Shown here: in pieces, positions 38,370-42,278 of the stretch
Numbering within the stretch: the first letter of the stretch is position 1
Layout: every line of letters begins with the position of its first letter
IMG/VR virus record: IMGVR_UViG_3300045988_021594
Origin: a virus
Length of the DNA stretch: 42,278 bases
Reading direction: 5' to 3' (one strand)
Made by a program: the position numbers and the translations under genes
Notes under the pieces: generated by a model
What the model was told of the DNA's origin: nothing
What the model saw: the letters and a program-made list of their open reading frames with translations, nothing else
Database searches by the model: none

Positions 38370-40049
38370 ATGGCTACGAATCTTACTGACATCATCAAAA
38401 AAGTACGCACTGCCTTGCGAGGTGAAGAGGTGCGCGGCAGCATCGCCGACGGGCTGGAGTTTTGCGGGCATATTTCCGAGAATGCCAAAGCAGATATGGA
38501 GGCAAGTGCCGCGGCTACCAAAGAGCAGCTGTCTAAAGACATCGACGCCAAAGCCGCAGAGACACTCAAGACCATCCCGGAGAGCTATACGGAGCTTGAT
38601 GGGAGTGTGAAGCAGCTAAAGGAAGATTTAGAAGATGTCAATTCAATAATTGATTATAATAAAACTGCCATGTCCTATGGATACAACTCATACGTTGACG
38701 TTGGTGAATGGGAAAATGGTATGATATATAATGGTGACAATATAGACAGAATCTACGCAATCAGAACAAAAGAAAAAGTGTCCATTGATGAGAACATGAT
38801 GGTCATGGATTTAGACGGAGGCAATTTAGTATGGCAGACTGTTCAGTATACTCCTGATGGGACTTTTGAAAAAAACAGCACAGTAAATAGCAGCGGAGGT
38901 AAAGTGTTTGAGTTTGACAAGTCAAAACTTTACAGATTCATTATTCGTTCAACAGATGGAGCTACACCAATCATAAACATCAAAAAAGCGAAAAATACTA
39001 TTAAATTTTTCTATGAGAATGATTTGTTTGACAAATATGCGAAAAGCGATGTTGTGAATCGTGACATAGAAAACCTTAAAAAATTAAAGGAAGACATCGG
39101 TGAATACTCTGCTGTTTACAAGCGACAGCTGGAAAAAAGAATTGAACAAATCAATGACAAGTCAAAAGAAATTGGCACGAATGGGGATATGTTTATTTTT
39201 ATCACCGATATGCACAACCCTTACGCACCATTTGTGGATAAACCTATTTCTACAAGACAAAATTTAAGGGCAATTCCATTAATAAAAAAGGTTTTAGAGT
39301 GTACACCTTGCAATAAAGTATTTGTTGGTGGAGATTTGGCATTTTCGTCACTGAGCGCCAACAATACAAGAGAATTGGCTTATAATCAATGCAGAACTGT
39401 GGTCAACAGGTTCAACGAATTGATTGATGTACCAGTATATTTTATAAAAGGAAATCATGACGATAATGGATATACTGATGACACTTATTATATGGACAAT
39501 CAGCTGTATCCATTGTTTAACGCATGTCTTGAAAAAGATAAAGATGTAACATGGGGAGACAGAAACAAACTCTATTGGTATGTAGATAATCCTATCGCTA
39601 AAATACGCTATATCTGTCTGAATACCTTTCCTCGAAAAAGTGATGGAACGCAAAGTACCGGTATGGAAAATGACCAAAAAATATGGTTAAAAGATGTCGC
39701 ATTAAATGTACCAAATACCGATTGGGTGGTTGTTATTTTAGCACACAAGATTCACTGGAATGTTCAAGAAATTGCAAAAGAAAAAATGGATAGTGGTGTT
39801 ACGGTTGCGTTTTGTCTAGGCGGACATGAACACAGAGATACATTTATCCCTTATACTGATCTGGAAAATGGAAAAGGTGTAAATTTTGTGCAGACAACTT
39901 GTGATGCTTGCTATGCAGATGATGGCTATGGCCGTACAGTTGGAACAGACTTTGAAAACGCTTTTGATGTTGTGACGATTGATAAGACGCAAAGAAAAAT
40001 AGTTATGTATCGCATTGGGGCTGGAGATATCAGAAGCTTCACCTATTAA
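38370..40049 (+). CDS. Chimeric tail fibre/receptor-binding protein with a C-terminal calcineurin-like metallophosphoesterase domain
   Basis: Metallophosphoesterase motifs appear in the canonical order: TDMHN, GGDL, GNHDD, AHKIH, GGHEH. GC drops sharply from about 38620 to the stop. Confidence 0.8.
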   Translation: MATNLTDIIKKVRTALRGEEVRGSIADGLEFCGHISENAKADMEASAAATKEQLSKDIDAKAAETLKTIPESYTELDGSVKQLKEDLEDVNSIIDYNKTAMSYGYNSYVDVGEWENGMIYNGDNIDRIYAIRTKEKVSIDENMMVMDLDGGNLVWQTVQYTPDGTFEKNSTVNSSGGKVFEFDKSKLYRFIIRSTDGATPIINIKKAKNTIKFFYENDLFDKYAKSDVVNRDIENLKKLKEDIGEYSAVYKRQLEKRIEQINDKSKEIGTNGDMFIFITDMHNPYAPFVDKPISTRQNLRAIPLIKKVLECTPCNKVFVGGDLAFSSLSANNTRELAYNQCRTVVNRFNELIDVPVYFIKGNHDDNGYTDDTYYMDNQLYPLFNACLEKDKDVTWGDRNKLYWYVDNPIAKIRYICLNTFPRKSDGTQSTGMENDQKIWLKDVALNVPNTDWVVVILAHKIHWNVQEIAKEKMDSGVTVAFCLGGHEHRDTFIPYTDLENGKGVNFVQTTCDACYADDGYGRTVGTDFENAFDVVTIDKTQRKIVMYRIGAGDIRSFTY

Positions 40050-40094
40050 CTAAAGAAGGCTTTATCTTACCAAAAACTGAAAGGACGTGACCAC

Positions 40095-40898
40095 ATGAAC
40101 CTCCTGACTTTTCTCTCCCGCCTCTTTTCCGCCCTTGCCCACGCAAAGGAAGCGGCAGACAACTCCACCGCAGAGCCTGCCCCCGTGTCCACTGTGGACA
40201 CCCAGAGCGCCGCTCCTCCCGGCTGGGGCGGGCCGCCGCCTTACCGCTACATCGACGTAAGCCGCTATCAGGGCAAAATCACCCTCGACGGCTGGCGCAA
40301 GGTCAAAGCGGCTGGTTACAAAGGTGTCATGCTCAAGACGGTCTCCACGAATTCTAAGATGAGCAAGCGGGCAGACGGACTGTACATCGACCCGACCTTT
40401 GAGCGCAACTACCGCGGCGCCCGGGCTGCCGGGCTGGACGTGGGCGTCTACTACTACACCTACGCCACTAGCGAGGCTATGGCAGATGCAGAGCTGGCCC
40501 TTGTGCGGGAAGCGGTACGAGGCAAAGAGCTCACCATGCCCGTGTGCGTGGACGTGGAAGAAAACAAGCTCAAAAAGCTCTCCACGCTTGACCTCACCAA
40601 CGTGGTGGCGTATGCGCTGGAAAAGGTGGAAGCCATGGGCTTTTATGCCCAGCTGTACACCTACACTGGTTACAGCTATGAGCTGGACATGCAGCGCTTG
40701 GCTGCCCGTTGGGACGTCTGGCTGGCCGACTACACGGGCGAAACGCCCAAGGTGGATTACATCTACCACGCCCACCAGCACACCAGCAAGGGCTCTGTGC
40801 CGGGCATCACGGGCAACGTTGACCTCAACGTGACCACCCGCAACTATCCGAAGATCATCAAGACAAAGGGCCTGACGCGGCTCAGGGAGGGCACATGA
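40095..40898 (+). CDS. GH25 muramidase endolysin with an N-terminal signal-peptide-like segment
   Basis: The motifs YIDVSRYQG, VGVYYY, CVDVEE, WLADY and HQHTSKGSVPGITGNVDLN are present. The N-terminus reads MNLLTFLSRLFSALAHA. Confidence 0.85.
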   Translation: MNLLTFLSRLFSALAHAKEAADNSTAEPAPVSTVDTQSAAPPGWGGPPPYRYIDVSRYQGKITLDGWRKVKAAGYKGVMLKTVSTNSKMSKRADGLYIDPTFERNYRGARAAGLDVGVYYYTYATSEAMADAELALVREAVRGKELTMPVCVDVEENKLKKLSTLDLTNVVAYALEKVEAMGFYAQLYTYTGYSYELDMQRLAARWDVWLADYTGETPKVDYIYHAHQHTSKGSVPGITGNVDLNVTTRNYPKIIKTKGLTRLREGT

Positions 40899-41293
40899 CT
40901 GAAAAAGAGGCTCTGATTTGGATTGTGGGCATCTTGGGCAGTGCGTGCGCGGCAGCGATTACGCTGGACAAGGTGCTGGACATCATCCACAAGTACATCA
41001 AAAAGGCACAGGCTCCCGACGATGCACAGGACAAGCGGCTGGATGAACTGGACAGGCGCGTGGGAGTGCTTGAGACGGGCTACTCTAACCACTCTGCCGC
41101 TCTGAGCCGCGATCTGGAGCATTTTGGGGCGCTGGAAAACGCCATCACCATCCTTTTGCGCTCCAACCGCGCCGTTTTAGGCGCTCAGTTGTCAGGTGAT
41201 AATATCAAAGCAATGGAACAGAGTGCGGAGGAAATCGACAAGTTTTTGTATGAGAGGAGAGAAAACGCATGGACGCAGCAGCAAAAATCCTGA
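40895..41293 (+). CDS. Single-TM membrane protein of the lysis cassette
   Basis: ATGA overlap with the lysin gene. The TM segment is ALIWIVGILGSACAAAITL, followed by a coiled coil. Confidence 0.6.
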   Translation: MTEKEALIWIVGILGSACAAAITLDKVLDIIHKYIKKAQAPDDAQDKRLDELDRRVGVLETGYSNHSAALSRDLEHFGALENAITILLRSNRAVLGAQLSGDNIKAMEQSAEEIDKFLYERRENAWTQQQKS

Positions 41294-41607
41294 GCGCCGT
41301 CCCGGGCCCGGTGGCCCTGGCTCTGATGCTGGGCGGCTTCATCTTTTACGCCCTTGGCTGCATCCGGCTGGGGTATGGTGCGGCGGTTAAGCCCACCGTG
41401 CTCCAGCTCATCGAACAGGCAGAAAAGGACATCCAGGGCACCAAAAAAGGCGCGGAGCGCAAAGCCTGGGTGGCTCAGATGCTCCGCGCGGCCCTGAGTA
41501 CCAGCAAATACGGCAGGCTCATCAGCTGGGCCATCACCGATGAGACCATCGGCATCATTATCCAGTTTTTCTTTGACCGCATGAAAGCGGCGCTGCAAAA
41601 GCAGTAA
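41269..41607 (+). CDS. Holin (LL-H-like)
   Basis: An N-terminal TM segment (VALALMLGGFIFYALGCI) is followed by KGAERKAWVAQML...ITDETIGIIIQ, typical of LL-H holins as I recall them. Confidence 0.6.
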   Translation: MDAAAKILSAVPGPVALALMLGGFIFYALGCIRLGYGAAVKPTVLQLIEQAEKDIQGTKKGAERKAWVAQMLRAALSTSKYGRLISWAITDETIGIIIQFFFDRMKAALQKQ

Positions 41608-41617
41608 GGAGGATATC

Positions 41618-41800
41618 ATGGCAAGCACTACATACGAGCAGAAACGATTTTGCGAAATCAAGAGATGCGGCGAAATTGACCATCTCGGTAACGTCCCCGT
41701 GATGGTGCGCAATGCCGGACAGCTGCCGCAGCCTTTCTGGCTCGGTGCTGCCTGTGGCGGCGGCTCGTGTAGTGCTGCCACTGTGCCTGCAAGGACTTGA
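41618..41800 (+). CDS. ORF with a strong SD, probably the N-terminal part of a frameshifted regulator
   Basis: TAAGGAGGA SD lies 5 nt before the ATG. The C-terminal 20 aa are low-complexity (AACGGGSCSAA). Confidence 0.4.
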   Translation: MASTTYEQKRFCEIKRCGEIDHLGNVPVMVRNAGQLPQPFWLGAACGGGSCSAATVPART

Positions 41801-41978
41801 TCGACAGCAGATGACAGCCGCCATCAAAAACGCACCGCTTGGGAGGGTTGACCGAAAGATAGCCTTACTGCGGTACGTTGAGCGGCTCCCGCAGGCCGAC
41901 ATTGCAGCACGCACCCACTACTCCCGGCAGGCGGTAAGCTATCGCCTGCAAAGCATTGATAAAATACTGGATATGTGA
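41712..41978 (+). CDS. Sigma-region-4/LuxR-like HTH protein (start unresolved; no SD of its own)
   Basis: HTH-like segments are RVVLPLCLQGLDRQQMTAAI and IALLRYVERLPQADIAARTHYSRQAVSYRL. It is in the +1 frame relative to 41618-41800. Confidence 0.5.
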   Translation: MPDSCRSLSGSVLPVAAARVVLPLCLQGLDRQQMTAAIKNAPLGRVDRKIALLRYVERLPQADIAARTHYSRQAVSYRLQSIDKILDM

Positions 41979-42017
41979 TATACTATCTGCACACCTCCCT
42001 GTGAGGTGTCTTTCACT

Positions 42018-42062
42018 AAAAATCCCCCGGGTGGTGTTCGCGCATCACTCGGGGGATTTTTT
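42018..42062. terminator. Bidirectional intrinsic terminator (copy 2) closing the late operon and acidic gene A
   Basis: AATCCCCCGGGTG pairs with CACTCGGGGGATT (one mismatch), with an A5 run upstream and a T6 run downstream. Confidence 0.7.
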
Positions 42063-42064
42063 AT

Positions 42065-42278
42065 TTACTCCATGTCCTCCAGCACTTTGAGGTACTTTGG
42101 ATAGAGCTCATCAATGATGACCTGCTTTTCCATGTCGTCCAACTCGCCGTTCATGAGGGCATCACTCTGGCTCTGATCGTCGAGAACCAGCTTGGTGGTG
42201 ATGGTCTCTTCAGCATCGTCGCAACACCGGACAAGATCACCGTCCTCGGTGATGTGTGCGTAGATCGTCCAGATCTGG
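42065..42278 (-). CDS. Small hyper-acidic protein A, C-terminal part (continues from 1-214 across the junction)
   Basis: TAA lies at 42065-42067. The frame is contiguous with the ATG at 214 once the 119-bp overlap is collapsed. Confidence 0.7.
   Translation of the reverse strand, partial: QIWTIYAHITEDGDLVRCCDDAEETITTKLVLDDQSQSDALMNGELDDMEKQVIIDELYPKYLKVLEDME
42160..42278. repeat. Terminal direct repeat, copy 2 (identical to 1-119)
   Basis: Compared base by base. Confidence 0.95.

Larger units (their letters stand above)
1..42278. mobile_element. Complete temperate siphovirus-type phage genome, circularly closed (unique length about 42,159 bp)
   Basis: Integrase plus attP, CI/Cro-like switch, and recombination/replication, packaging, head, tail and lysis modules are all present. 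The two ends overlap by 119 bp. Confidence 0.9.

Overview
The window is a circularly closed temperate siphovirus-type phage genome. Bases 1-119 repeat exactly at 42160-42278, so the unique length is about 42,159 bp. GGAGG-type ribosome-binding sites, a GH25 lysin, an LL-H-type holin and SPP1/HK97-like modules point to a Gram-positive, Clostridia-like host; that host call is inference. Layout by coordinate: (a) On the minus strand across the junction (42065 through 1 to 1090), two duplicated promoter-operator cassettes drive tiny hyper-acidic ORFs, with an HTH gene between them. (b) 1215-4619: an eight-gene accessory operon of compositionally odd proteins. (c) 4675-6617: attP (the 3' part of a tRNA-Thr-like gene flanked by direct repeats), a tyrosine integrase and an XRE regulator. 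(d) 7262-8574: a low-GC two-gene moron cassette, facing an antisense consensus promoter. (e) 9375-10516: a CI-like/Cro-like switch with three 13-bp operators, overlapping divergent promoters and a ~480-nt ORF-less structured leader. (f) 10513-21104: early genes, namely antirepressor, lipoprotein, Rad52-like annealase, SSB, DnaD-like organizer, G39P-like loader, ASCH, RusA, radical SAM and an ArpU-like regulator. (g) 21105-22640: a 620-bp ORF-poor GC-rich region with a tRNA-like fragment, then a Dam-like methyltransferase broken by a C8 tract exactly at its DPPY motif. (h) 22644-41978: terS, terL, portal, MuF; an accessory island with a DUF4417-like gene and tRNA-Met(CAT); scaffold, capsid, connectors; tail genes with a UUUUUUA -1 frameshift; tape measure, Dit, Tal; a chimeric low-GC receptor-binding protein carrying a metallophosphoesterase domain; lysin and holin. 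The items I could least explain are the purine-rich ORF-less 0.5 kb at 14449-14951 next to a protein with a RAMP-like glycine-rich loop, the low-GC cassette at 7262-8574, the acidic-ORF cassettes, the twin identical-loop hairpins in the early leader, and the methyltransferase with two simple-sequence tracts. All functional calls come from reading motifs by eye; no database search was possible.
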